Assembly: GCA_043228905.1 (NCBI GenBank)
Contig: JBHGNT010000001.1
Location: 18,662,001 to 18,726,000 of the forward strand
DNA: 64,000 nucleotides
Direction: 5' to 3'
Source of the DNA: Azolla caroliniana
Taxonomy: Eukaryota > Plantae > Polypodiophyta
Made by a program: the position numbers and the translations under genes. The notes below the pieces were generated by a model. It made no database searches. It saw only the letters and a program-made list of their open reading frames with translations, and was not told the origin of the DNA. Of this stretch, positions 27,097 to 40,477 are shown in pieces (the first letter of the stretch is position 1; every line of letters begins with the position of its first letter).

Positions 27097-27348
27097 GTCA
27101 GCTAATTAGCTACTTTCAAGCTAATTACCGACTTTCAAGCTAAATAGCTACTTCCAAGCTAATTAGCTACTTCTAAGCTAGCTAATTAGCTATTGCCAAG
27201 CTAATTCGCTATTGCCAAACTATAGTGTGCTAGCTAATTAGCTACATTAAGCTACAATTGTACACCTACATAGTGTGGTAGGTTCATAGAAGTAGCTAAA
27301 CACCTATAGACAGTACGGAATACCTAAAGAGAAGCCGTTAATTAGCTT
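27097..27348. repeat. Array of (T)AGCTAATTAGCT(A) palindromes, subterminal
   Basis: Many exact and degenerate copies, spaced about 19 bp apart in 27099-27210. Confidence 0.9.
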
Positions 27349-27353
27349 ACACA

Positions 27354-28055
27354 TGTTATAGAATGTCATGGATTAACTCACGCACATGAGGTGTCTGGTC
27401 GAGATGAGTGTGCAGCCAATGAAGAGATATTTGGCAATCTGGCTGAGATATTTAACACACATACACGAGACGAAAAACTTGTGCTCCCCCCGATCACAAC
27501 TAGTTGTTGAACATCAAAGAACAAGCAAGAAGTTTAGGGTTATCAGAGAAAGAGAGAGAGAGACTTCCTCCGGGGGGGTAGTGTGGAGATCTCCATCATA
27601 GGCTAGCTCTCACACAGAGAATCCATACACAAATCACACTCTCTTAACACAAACAGGTAGACACTTAGAGAGGGAGAGTGAGAGTGAGGGAAAGACTTCT
27701 CAATGGAGGGTCGTTCGTTCAGGTGTGCCAGAGAATGTCTCCACCCCCCTCCCAAGGGGGTTACATGTGAGGCAAGAGAGAGGAGGAGAGAGAATAGAGA
27801 ATAACACAGAAATGAGAAGGGAAAGTTCTATATACCATTACATGCCCCATAGGGGGTTTAAATAGTACATAATGTAATGGTTACATAATATGACCATTAC
27901 AAAAAAGACCGTTACATTCTTCTACACATGCACATAATTGTGCATGTGTTCATTCACATATTATCCTCACTCACACTTATATACATTATACATATACCAC
28001 AACCCCTTTATCGCATTCAACCCTTACACCACCCCATACACCCTTACGGGTAACA
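27354..28055 (-). mobile_element. Probable solo LTR inserted in the Sola-like element
   Basis: TGTTA...TAACA termini, TATA-like ctatttaaacccc on the - strand (about 27852-27864) and CT-rich downstream part; no clean TSD. Confidence 0.5.
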
Positions 28056-28069
28056 CTTACCAAATGAGA

Positions 28070-31000
28070 GTACATGTACACTACTAGTTTGTCTTCTAAA
28101 AGCCCCTACACATAATCGTAATTATCCAGTCTTGCATAAAAAATACCTTCAATGTAGAATGTCACGGTAAATACAAAATTTCCCCAAGAATCTAAAATAT
28201 TCTGCATTGCACATTATTTACAAACCATGGACTTTAATGAATAGAAATCAACACAATATGAATTGCCTTCTTTTGCATTTACAACAAAATTATCCCCAAC
28301 AGTTATGACATCACTCATAGTATCTCCAAGTCCGTCCACACAATGGAAGCAAAAACATGTTAATTCTCTAACCACAATACATTGACCATCAAACCTAGAA
28401 TAACCCCGAACAACATGGAGAGATCACAATTCAAGAATTCCTTGGCACTCCCATGTCTTCTCCCTATTTACTTCATCTATCCGCACTTCCTAAAATATGG
28501 GTTTGATATCTCAACCCTGCAAGGAATAAACACCAATTGCACTCATTGACATATTAGTTCTTAAAAAGTCAACTACATGTGTTGCATAATTCATATGCAC
28601 ACCGTCTGCCTTTAGCTGTTCATGGGTAAGTGTGCACTTTAAAATTGCACTTGCTCCATCATGTTCACCTTTACCATGGCTAAACCCAAAAAAAATCCAT
28701 TTCATCTCCAAACCTATTTTAGGATACCTCCCAACAAAATAAATTTGTCATCATCTAGCCTTGATTTGTGATGCCGCTCCCTCAGACCAAACCCAATGTT
28801 AAGTAAGCTCCAAATGTTGACTTAATAACCATTGCCAATGTAACTTAAAATAGTGTTGGACTAACAAGGTATCATGCTTCTTATCATTAGAAATAAAAAA
28901 AAATGAATTAACTTCTTAACATTATCTGAAACTCGAAAATATGTTATGCGCACAAAATTGGTTACTTGCATTCAACATCAACGCATGAATTGAATTTCAT
29001 TCTACTGCTTGAAAGTATAATTCTCTGCAAAATCTACTAATAAGACTACTACATCATTTGGAAAATCAAATATGCAAGTCTTAAACTAATGGGTTTGCCA
29101 TGAATAAATGAAGTTCTGCTTAATTAACTTTCCTAGAGATACTACAAATAGAGACGCCAAATGCCTTGGTTTAATAGATTTCCTAACTAAATCCTTTCTT
29201 TTATACACCTTTCCTTTGAAATTGGTGTCCACATACTCAAATTACTTGACATAGATTAATATTTCACTACTCAACTATTTTGGACACCACCTAAATCTAC
29301 TAGGTCCACAATCCTGACATAAACCCATGACACATTTGTAATTGTGGAAGATGTCACGACACAATGACAGAAGATAGCCTCAGATTCTCTTGGGCACAGT
29401 ATTGAATCTAAAAGACCATCATGGATATGCACACATGCCCTGTCTAGTTAGATCAACAAGTTGGGCACTCATAAGTGCATACTGCATCCTGTAGGGAGGA
29501 GTTATGGTGACGTAATAAATTAACAGAATCCTAGAGAAAACCTATTTGTACATGGTAAATGCAACATGTGTATCGATCCTTTAAGTGTTTGGCTAGATTA
29601 ACAAGTGGGCACTCACAAGTGCATACTGCATCCATCCTGTAGGGAGGAGCTATGGTGATGTACAGAATCCTAGAGAAAACCCATTTGTAAATGGTAAATG
29701 CAACAACATGTGTATCAATCCTTTAAGCGTCTCACAAAGTGTGGTTCAAGAGACTAGAATGTTCATAGTTGAACTTTGATTTTTGGATGCATTTGTTTGA
29801 ACCTAATAAGTAAATCTACCTGCGTAATAAGATAAGAATCCAGTCAGTTATGTTTAGCAGTTCATAAGTAGGAGACATAGCTATCTAGAACTGATTAATT
29901 AGCTATGATCATATTTTGATGTAGCTAATTAGCTTTGGCCAATAGCTAGTTACTTATTGCCATCTGGTTGTAGCTAAATAGCTATGATCATATTCTGATG
30001 TAGCTAATTAGCTTTGGTTAGTAGCTAGTTAGCTATTATCGATAGCTAGTTAACTATTTCTGATACCTAGTTAGCTATTACACGTAGCTAGTTAGCTATT
30101 TCCATCCGGTTGTAGCTAATTAGCTATGATCATATTCTAATGTACCTAAGTAGCTATGGTCATATGCTGATGTAGCTAGTTAGCTATAATCATATTGTGA
30201 TGTAACAAATTAGCTAATGCCAGTAGGTAGTTAGGTATTGCCATCTGATTATGTACTTAGGTAGGAGACATAGGTAATGTTGCTAACTAGCTATCCCCTA
30301 CCTTATGCAGCTAATTAGCTATGGCCAATACCTAATTAGACTTGACCATGACTGAATGTAGCTAATCAATTATGTCCTGATGTAGCTTTGACTACGACTG
30401 AATGTAGCTAATCAACTGTCCTGATGTAGATAGAAGCTCAGGCCGCTCATTATTGCAGCTAATTAGCTAGTGATTGTAATCTCAATAGTGATTGTGACAA
30501 TAAGCTTTTAATCAAAACAGAAGATGAAATAAATGTAAATACCTGAGGTGCATCAAGTAGATGAATGGGATGCTCCTCACATTGATTCCTTCCAAAATGT
30601 TTCCTGCACAAATCCTTCTTATTGGGTGGGACCCTACTCTCATTAGTTCAAAATATGGTGATTATATCCTTCATTTTTTATGTTATGGGTGTCACTGGCT
30701 TATATCTTGTGGTTAGCTTTAGCAAACTACTTCCTTCACCACCTGGAATTAACCGGTTCATTGTATTGTGCACACTTTTTCTATTAACACCAATTACCGT
30801 ATGTAGATAGCACACTAATGTTAAGATCTTTAACTTCACTATTAAGTATCATTAGACTAGAACTTTTTAAGACAAGATCATCTTTTGACCTACTCATGGA
30901 TACAGAAAAATTGAGTACAGATATTGGGTTTCCATTGAGACTATCAAAATCAACTAATTCTTTTATCGATGGATCATTTAATATTCCATAAAGTATTACC

Positions 31001-31310
31001 TTCTAGTCTTCATTGCTGATGTGCTTGGATAGAACATTAAAATAGTCTACAACCTTTCTCTCTATGATAGTAGTCTCATTACTTCCATTCTCAGTCGCAT
31101 TTAGATCTACATCACAACCAATACTATCCTTACCTTTAGTTGATGTGTCTTTCTTATCCTTTAGCATTTGATGATGTTTTCCTCCTTGTTTCTGCTGAAT
31201 ACTTTCATATCACTTGTTGTGTACTATAGCCTGATCCCTATCCCGATGATCCATGGGGTTGTTGATAAACCCCCTCCTTCCCCTTCTATCTGGCTTGACA
31301 TCATCATTAG
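28070..31310 (-). pseudogene. Intron-containing DDD-type transposase pseudogene (Sola2-like)
   Basis: Manual translation: PNKKDLCRKH..HLLDAPQ | intron 29820-30542 | VDLLIRFKQMHP..TCCCIYH, CVMGLCQDC, VDFAENYTF, ISNDKKHD, WVWSEGAASQIK, WIFFGFSHGKGEHDGASA, TCFCFHC. Ends approximate. Confidence 0.75.
29875..30470. repeat. Array of (T)AGCTAATTAGCT(A) palindromes inside the transposase intron
   Basis: More than ten degenerate copies, often in tgatgtagctaattagctatgatcatatt units. Confidence 0.9.
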
Positions 31311-32024
31311 TAAATTGAAAAAAAAAACGAGACGTAAATGACTATACCACATGCAAACCGGTTAATGACAAGAGCAATCCCGCAGTTTGCCAAATTGCCA
31401 GAGCACACAATGGTGGTAAGTGATTGTTTGCCATGGTGGAGTGAATGCTATTGAGACTTTGATGATTGCAACCACCGTTGGGAACAGTGGTGGCAAGTGT
31501 GCGACTATGGTGGAGGTGATGACTATCTACAACAACAATACACAAGATTATTAACAGACGAAGACATAGATGCAATGGCTAGCTAACAATAAAGGAGGGA
31601 ACACTAGTGGCCAAGTGTTCGAAAGTGGCGGTTTTAGAAGTTGCAAATGGCTAACAACAATACTGACACCTAATGCAAGTAAAATCACTAGTGGACCATG
31701 CAGTGAATAGTGGTCCAACAATCGAGGACCGAACAATGGCGACAATTGAGTATACAATGGCCGCAATAGAGGCGCTAACTTAGTCGGAGCGAACAATGGC
31801 AACAATTGAGCCTGAATAGTCTCAAAGTGATGGCCAACATGATGTGGCAATGGATACCTAGGAATTTGGTATATCATTAATGTTTCCATTTAGAGTACTC
31901 ATTTATATAAATAAAATATTCAAATGTTTCCATTCATGGTGCAAAAAGCCCAAATCATTGGTAGCTTTTTGCATAGCTAATTAGCTATGTCAAGGCCACA
32001 GCTAATTGTTCCTACTCCCATGCT

Positions 32025-34146
32025 TGCACCCGTAGACAATTTACGGGCAAAGAGAAGGGGAAGATGAAGATGTCAGAATAAGGCACGGAGGCCGATGCAT
32101 TGGATCGGAGTGAATCCAAAGCAGCCAGGAGCAAAGATGAACCTCCGGAAACAAGGTTGAAATCAGTTAAGAGGGCCTTGAAATCGGCAACGCAAAAGTT
32201 GCACCGATCAACCCACCAAAAGAACCCCGTAATTCGGTATGGGTACAACGACTACATGGCGCATCAATTTGCGTTATGACAAAGGTGGCGAAAGTGTGTG
32301 AGCCGGAGAGCTACGCAGAAGTGGTGAAGGACATGAATTGGTGTACCACTATGGAGGAAGAGAGATGTGTGCACTAACGGAAAATGAGACATGGGACCTC
32401 GTTGACGCCCCAAAGGGTATGAAGTTGATCGGATGCAGATGGGTGTACAAAGTCAAGTACAATGCCAATGGCTCCATCAACCTATTCAACACCAGACTAG
32501 TGACCAAGGGCTACGCATATCAACACTGCATCGATTACGATGAGATGTTCGTGGTGGTTGCCAAGATGACAATTGTCGGGGTGTTGCTGACGGTAGCGGC
32601 GGCAAAGGGATGGTATTTACATCAGATGGACTTGAAGAATGTGATCCTACAAGGAGAGCTTGAGGAACAGGTATAAATGGTGCAACTTCCCGGAATGCAA
32701 AGATCACGCAACGGTTGTGTCGAATGGGGTTGGCTCCGTCGAAGTCAGACTCTTCACTGTTCATCCGGATGGGTCAGCATGGGCCGGTAAGCATTCTGCT
32801 AGATGTGGATGATTTAGTCATCGCCGACACTGACTTGGATGAAGTCGGGCCATGTGAAGCCCAACTTGCGGCATCAATTGAGATGAAAGATCTGGGGGAC
32901 CTTCATTACTTCCTCGTGATCGAAGTTCAGAATGCTCTTCAAGTTTGGAATGTGGGATTGCAAATCTGTCTCAACTCCTTTTGATAGGAGCGTGAAACTT
33001 CACCAAGGTTCAAGAACCTCGTGCAACTCGACACGATTCCGACAGATAGTCGAAAGCCTGATCTACCTGATCATCACTCGTCTAGACCTCAGTTATCCGA
33101 TTGGACTGCTAAGTCAGTTTATGTTGCAACTTAAGACAGAACACCTTTAGTGCGTGTAAAGGATCTTGAGATATGTTAGCGGCAATAAGGATAAAGTGTT
33201 GTTGTATCAGACATGTATTGCCGAATAGCTTGTCAACTACATGGATGGCGACTATGCCAACAATGCTGGTGATCGTCAATCGATGTTCGAATGCACTTTT
33301 TCCTCGAGAACTGTGGTGATCCCATGGAGCAGCAAGAAACAACCGACAATCGCACTGTCGAATATTGAGGAGCGGCTGTCACAACATTCGAAGCCATATG
33401 GCTCAAGAGGCTCTTGAAGGATTTACATGTGGAGGTGTCTAAACCGATAGTTATATACTGTGAAAACCCCACCAGCATCCAACTTGTGAATAACCCCATC
33501 TTTCACGCCCAGACAAAGCACATAGAGGTGCACTATCATTTTGTCTGCGAATGAGTTCTCTCTAGTGAAGTCAATCTTCTTTATGTTCCTACATATCAGC
33601 AAGCTCCTCATCATATCTTCACCAAACCTCTCGGCCTACACATGTTATGACAATTTTCGAGCATGCTTGGCATACAACATCTTGACATGCCGAACTTGAG
33701 GGGGAGTAAGAACGAGAGGGAGGAGAGAGATGAATTCCGAACAACCTAATCGGATGAAGAGTTCAATTTCGGGACAGTTAAAGAAGCTGAGGACGAATGC
33801 AAGGGGAGTGGCCAGAAGAACGAGCTGGAGTTGGAATACACCGGACAAGGGGGATATAGAGCTGGATGAGGCGGCAGAGGTGGCAATGTCAAGAAGGATA
33901 GAACCGACCGAAAGAAGAAGGCTAGGACCAGGACATGGCCAGACGTAGTCGAAGTCCTGAAGAAAGGTGAATCGGAGACAATCGATTTAGATAAATTGGA
34001 GACAAATGATTCGGTCGAGTGGTATGATTCAGACGAGCCAAATTGCATGAAGGCCAAGCGTACAAGGAGACAACCGAAGCTGACAGTCAAAGACATGGAG
34101 AGTCAACAGTAGATGATCCAAGTCAAAGACAAGACCGACTAGTCGG
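32025..34146 (+). mobile_element. Truncated degenerate Ty1/copia fragment (integrase-RT linker, RT, RNase H, 3' extension), same family as 10374-27082
   Basis: ENETWDLVDAPKGMKLIGCRWVYKVK, DVDDLVIA, KHIEVHYHF, LGIQHLDMPNLRGS. Confidence 0.85.
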
Positions 34147-34239
34147 CCTTGACATTGAACATCTGGTCGGCCCGACTAGTCAGTTTTTTCTTTGACTTGG
34201 ATTATCTAATGTTGACTCTCCATGTCTTCGACAGTTGGC
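34079..34239. repeat. Inverted repeat with arms of about 68 bp at the junction of two opposite-strand copia fragments
   Basis: 34079-34146 pairs with 34172-34239 across a loop of about 25 nt. Confidence 0.88.
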
Positions 34240-36030
34240 TCTTACATAGTTGAATAGTCGGCTCCTCTTACTAGAGGGACATATTCCTAACAAACTCCCC
34301 CGTTCACTCCTATAGGAGGGAGTCAACCAGTCTTGTTTTTTGTCTAGAGACTCTGATTCTGTCCATTGGTAGGTTCTTTGTGAGCATGTCAAATCCATTG
34401 TCGTAAGTATGGATCTTCGCAAGGGTAAACACCCCATCCCGTCATCCACTTTCTTCTATAACCAGTGATACCTCCTCTGTATATATCTGGTCTAGGATTG
34501 ATAGACAGCTTTCTTGGCTTCATTCCCAGTTTGCTGAGAAAGCTCTTCATCCATATCAACTCCTTCTCAGCCTCTACAACTACCATTTATTCTGCCTTTG
34601 TGGTCGATAGAGCCACAACCTTCTGCACTCTTGACTACCATGACACTACTCACCCTGGATAGGTCATCACATAACCTGACGTGGATCAGCTTGATTTTAC
34701 ATCCCCCATCATGTCCGAATCAATAAACCCTTCGAGTACAAGTTTTCTGAAACCATACCTTAAGCATACCCTTGAGGTACCCTTTAAGTACCTGAGGATC
34801 CACTTCACTACTGCCCAATGTTGTTGACCTAGATTACTCATGTATCGGCTTACCGTTCCTTCTACAAATGATATCTCTAGTCTTGTACAAACCATAATAT
34901 ACATTAAACTGCGGACGATTGAGGCATATGGTACTTTCTTGATCTCGGCCTTCTCCTTCTCACCCTTCAAGCATTGCTTAGTATTCAACTTGTAGTTTGT
35001 CCGCAATGCAAAACCAGCTGGCTTTGGTTTCGATATGTCGAACCTCTCTTGGATTTTCGTCATATATTTCTCTTGTGACATATCACATTCTTCATTCTGT
35101 CTTGAACTATGTGCACTCTTCATTTTGTCCTGAACTATGTGCATCCCAAAGATCTGCTTGGCCGGTCCAAGATCTTTCATGGCAAATGACTTGCGTAGTG
35201 TTTTCTTCAAGCTCCCAATCTTGTTGGTGTCTTGACCTACTATCAACATGTTGTCCACATATAATAAGAGAATCAAGAAGTCACCTTCATTGTACCTTTT
35301 TACAAACACACAATGATTAACTTGTGTTTTATGGAACCCATGTTCCAACATAAGGGAATCAAACTTCTTGTACCATTGGTGTGGGGCTTGTTTCAGACCA
35401 TACAAGCTTTTCTTCAGTCGACACACCAGGTTCTCTTTTCCTTTTATCACAAAGCCTTCGGGCTGCTGCATGTAGATCTCTTCGTCTAACTCCCCATGCA
35501 AGAACGTTGTTTTGACATCCAACTATTTGATTTCTAGATCCATACTAGCAGCAATGCTCATAACAGTTCGGATGGATGTCATCTTCACAATTGGAGCAAA
35601 TATCTCATCAAAGTCGACACCCTTTTATGTTCCTTATATCTAGGTGCGATGACAACTACTCCAGTTTTCACCTTATAGACCCATTTATTCTTGAGTTCTC
35701 TCTTACCATTCGGTAGCTCAACTAGGTCGTAGGTGTAGTTTTCATGGAAGGAGTCCATCTCATCTTGCACTAGACTCAACCATTTCTCTTTATGCTCATC
35801 GACCATGACCTCATTGTAGCATTCCAACTCACCTTCATCAATCAAGAGGACATCTTGACTGGCATATCAAGTGGGTGCTCTCCTCTCTCTGAGTGGATAT
35901 CTCCTGCCTTCCATACTTGGCTTAGTTTCAGATGTCTCTTTTGCCTCTTCTCTCAGCTCTGGTTTATACGTGTCGATCGGTTGGTTGGGGTTGGCTGACT
36001 CCGACTCATATTCCTCAATCGACTTCAGTA
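34240..36030 (-). mobile_element. Truncated Ty1/copia (Tnt1/Tork-like) RT-RNase H, PPT and start of 3' LTR
   Basis: ORF 34686-35522 MDVKTTFLHGELDEEIYMQQPEGF..LKKSLYGLKQAP..KVPYASIV; PPT cgggggag at about 34294-34302 followed by TGTTAGG at 34292 (-). Confidence 0.88.
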
Positions 36031-39000
36031 GGAGTATTATGAAATTCCAGATGTATCCGTAGTTGCGAAGGTAGATCAAGGCGAAAAGTGAAAATTTTTC
36101 GCTAATACGAAAAGGACCTAACCATCGATAATCCAATTTGTCACATGGTCGAGTAGTTTTTATGTGCCATCGTAATAGCCATACTCAATCTCCAATATCA
36201 AAATAGGATAGAATCTGATGACGATCGGCATAATCCTTCTATGTTTGTTGGGCTTGATGTAGGTGGGTAGATAGTTTTGCATGAATATTTCTTAACCGCT
36301 CCAAATGATTCTTTGCACTAGGATTTCTGGGTAACTCAGGAGTTTCTAATACACACCAGCGAGGATGATGGCATGTATAAGCATAGAATAGTATAACCCT
36401 AGTAGAGGATAAAATTATTATAAGCAAATTCAATAAAATGTAGAATATCTGCCTAATCATCTTGTTGATAGCTTAAAAAACACCGAAGATATTGTTCCAG
36501 CTTTTGATTTGTATGTTTTACTTGACAATCTGTTTGGGGAAGATAGCCGGAGGAGAGCATGTGACCTCGAGCATTTTGAAGAGATGCTTCCAAATTTTGG
36601 AGACAAATTGTGGTCCACAATCACTAATGATACTATCGGGAAGACCACGATGCTGAAATACCTCACGCATAACAATTCCTGCAGTTCACTAGTGATTTCT
36701 TTAGTATAGGGCAAGAAATGTGTCATCTTAGTATATCGATCAACCACTTTTATGATCGCGTTGAAGCACTTTGAATCCGGAAGATCTGTGATAAAATCTA
36801 GAGAAATAGATTGCCACGACTTGTTGGGGATGGGTAATGGCTCCAATAAACCATATGGATGATGTCTCAACATCTTCACTCGACAACATGTATCACATGT
36901 CTGCACGTAGTCTTCGACAAATCTTCGCATATGTGGCCACCAAATGATCGTTGTACTAAATCCAACGTTTTAGTACTACCAAAATGTCCAACTCTATATA
37001 TGTCATGACAATTTTGAACTACTTGAAGACGACATAGACCATTGGGACCATACAAAAGTTTTTTAAAGAAAAGTAATTCATCATGACATTTGAATTGTTG
37101 ATAATCCGTGCATGGTTGTTGTGACCGTGAACACAATGCCCGAGAGGAATCAATTTGATCTAGAATAGCTTGAGCGAAAACATCTGTCTTCAAATCTTCG
37201 CGTATGGTATAGGTGGGAATCTAAGGGAATGTAAAAAACCCACGTTGCTTACAGTCGTGTCGGACCTAGGATTACTTGCTTTTTTATTTCAAAGGTCGGA
37301 TTACTGGGACAAGGTCCTAGATACGAGTGTCATGATAATGCATCTATCTTCCCTTGTTGCTTGCCCAGACGGTATGTAATCTTGAAGTCGAAATGAGTGA
37401 GGATCTGGGCCCAACGAGCTTGTCGTCTATTTAATACACGAGCACTATAGAACTAGACAAGATTCTTGTGATCACTAAATACAATGACTTGATGAGGAGC
37501 TCCTTCTATGAAATGCCTCCATTGTGCAAAAGAGTCCACTATTGTTAATAACTCCTTATCATGTATCTCGTAGTTGATTTCGGCGGTGACAAATTTGCGC
37601 GAGTGAAAAAGCTACAGGATGTAGCTTCTCATCATCGCCTTGCTATGGTAAAATACTACTGAGCGCAAAATCCGACACGTCTGCCTCAATGATAAAATGA
37701 TTTTTGTAGATCAACATGAGTTAGAATAGGGACCAATGTAAAGGCTTTCTTGAGATCCTCAAAAACCATGTCCGCTTCCTTAGACCAAACAAATGATTGC
37801 CCCTTCTTTGTAAGCTATGTGAGAGGCAAAATAATATGTCAGTAGTCCTTTATAAACTTGCATTACAAATTTGTGAAACCTAAAAAGCATTGCACATCTC
37901 ACACACGAATGTGGAGTTTCCCACTCTAACACAAATTTGACCTTAGCTGCATCCATAGAGATTCCTTACGAGCAAATGACATAGCCTAGAAATTCCACTT
38001 GTTTACAATCAAAACTACATTTCTCCAGTTTTGCATAAAGACTATGTTCTCGTAGTCGTTTTAGTACTAATAGTACATGAAAATCATGCTCCTCTTGTGT
38101 CTTTGAATAAACTAGCAGATCATTTAAGTAGATGATCAAATAGATGTCCAAGAGATCTCGAAATATATCATTTGCCATGTGCTGGAAAATTGTTGGTTCA
38201 TTGGTGAGGCCAAATGGCATAACAGTATATTCAAAGTGCCCATATCGGGTGCGGAAGGCTGTCTTCCATTCATCTCCTAGTCGGATCCGTACGAGGTTCT
38301 ATGCTCCTCGTAAGTCAATCTTAGTGAACATTTTGGCACCATTAATCCTTTCTAGAAGACTCGAGATTAGAGGAAGTGCATACTTATTCCTGATGGTGAC
38401 CTTATTCAAGCCACGGTAATCCACGACTAGGCGAAGTGATCAATCCTTTTTCTTCACAAAGAAGATGGGTGCGTTTACTAGAGATTTTGAATGTCAAATG
38501 AACACCTTTGCTAGATTTTCCTCTATGCAAATCGGTCCCCACGATGGCTCTTTTCCTGGTTATAAATCAATAGGACAATCATACGATTGATGTTAAGGAA
38601 GAGTAATAACTTTTACCTTGTCAAAAACGTTGGAATAATGGTGATACTTCTTCGCTAGTTAAATTATTGACTCCTCCTTAGTGATACTAGAAGGTTTCAC
38701 TAATATTGCGAATACAAACATTGGTTCCTTGCATCATTCCTCATACAATTGATGTAGCGAAATGGTTGAAATTCTATGAGTAGATCCTTAAGGTTGATGA
38801 TATCTCATTTCTCCAATCAATTTCAGGGTTGTGTAATTCAAACCATAGTAACCCCAAGACAATTGGACGCTCTATTTGACACGGCAAAATGTCTAGAGCA
38901 ACACGAACTGGCTTCGACTCTTCTACCATATTTCCAGAAGCAATGGGACAATCATTAATGACTACTAAAGAAGCTAGGCAAGGAAGCTTTCTTAAGGATA

Positions 39001-40399
39001 TCATATGAACTTGGGCAAAATTCCTATCCATGAAAGAAGAATTGGCTTTAGAATCTAAGAGTGCTTAGACATGTACTAGAGGATTACTTTTAGTACTAAT
39101 TGCTACTTGAGCTAATAACACCTTGCTAGCTTACTTCGAGGGAATGGAACCACTAATGGGCTACATAGATTAAGGGTTGTCCAACCAAACAACTCCTATT
39201 TTGCTATACTCAATGATTTAACTCTTCTCCTAGTTCACTAAGGACTTCAAATTTGTTGGATAAACTTGGATTACTAGGATTATCAGACACTCCTAATGAA
39301 ATAAACTCGGGTTTAGTACTAACGACTACTTAATTTACTTGTCTTCTTGGCCTATGGGGACAATTTACTGCAATATGCGTTGGTCCACAGCAATATAAAC
39401 ATCGATTTGTTCGGTGTCGTTGCTTTTCCTCTTCTGATAATGGTCCATCACAACATGTGGAGTATTTGTTGGAGATACATTATATGATTCCCTTAGAAAA
39501 GGTTTTTCTACAACTAAGGCATAGGTGGGCTTTGATCTTGTCCGTGGAATTTGGAACTGATGTTCTGAATGTCGATCGAAAAGTTGGTTATCTCATCGTA
39601 CTGCTTGATTGAATGCTTCTGTGAGCGACTTTGGTTCTCTAGGGAAAGTCAAGAGTAAGTCCTTGACGTCATTACGTAGGCCATAACAAAATTGCTCCAT
39701 CAATGCTTGATCATCTAGGGAATATTAGTGGTGAGAAGAAAGAAATCCGTAGCATAAGCTGAGGCCAAACAATCACTTTGACGCAGTCGTCGGATTTTGT
39801 TGATTGTCGTCTTGATGTTATCAGTGTCTCCAAAACATGCTTTAAACTTGCAAATAAACTCCTCAAAATTATTTAACAAAGGAGAGCCTTTTTCTAACAA
39901 AGGGGCAAACCATGCCAAAGCTGTGCCACTAAGTAGCGTGCCTACTAGTCCCACTCGTGATGCATCAGTGGGATATCAAGAAGGATGCATTTGAATCACT
40001 AAACGTACCTGATCATCGAACTTCATAGGAAGACCCTTGAGTGCTTGGTCCTTGTTGTTGCAATGACACAATAGTTGCTTCAAGTTGTTGCACGCGTAAT
40101 GTTAGTACTTTGTGTTGTTGTTTTTCTAGAGCTATTTGTTGATTATCCCCCAACAAACGTTGATTTTCTTGTTCTAGTGCTACAAATGTTTCTTTGAGCT
40201 CTAAGAAAACAGATTGGTATTCTTGAGCGCAAACAATTGCCATTTAGTATTGGAGGAAGGAAGGATAAGAGGGATTAGTATGAAGGGAAGGAGGGATAAG
40301 AAGATGGGAAATACAATTCAAATTGTCAGGGATAGTACTAGAGGCAAGGATAATTAATACTAAATAGTACTAAAAAGGGAAAGAGTGTGTGAGAGTCAC

Positions 40400-40404
40400 A
40401 AGAG

Positions 40405-40475
<71 letters not shown>
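40400..40475. repeat. (GA)n microsatellite in Tcn1-like LTR
   Basis: Directly visible. Confidence 0.95.

Positions 40476-40477
<2 letters not shown>

Larger units (their letters stand above)
27083..32017 (-). mobile_element. Sola2-like DNA transposon relic
   Basis: Degenerate transposase flanked by AGCTAATTAGCT arrays; right end reads GAGTAGG.. on the - strand; left terminus appears lost; no TSD found. Confidence 0.65.

Noticed and set aside
27083-27110. Left terminal inverted repeat of the Sola-like element
   Set aside because: No match to the GAGTAGGAAC right end; the flanks belong to different copia copies, indicating a deletion or rearrangement.
27346-27353. cttac as TSD of the putative solo LTR 27354-28055
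   Set aside because: The left cttac is separated from the TG by three bases, so it is not a clean duplication.
27097-30470. Regularly spaced palindromic repeats as a CRISPR array
   Set aside because: Eukaryotic context, degenerate 12-14 bp units, no unique spacers of constant length and no cas genes.
31342-31889. Hydrophobic ORFs 31342-31575 and 31551-31889
   Set aside because: They derive from low-complexity aacaatggc-type repeats in the transposon 5' region and show no protein motif.
39350-40243. Domesticated PEG10/RTL-like gag gene
   Set aside because: Ordinary Tcn1-like gag with stops, followed by pol and preceded by an LTR.
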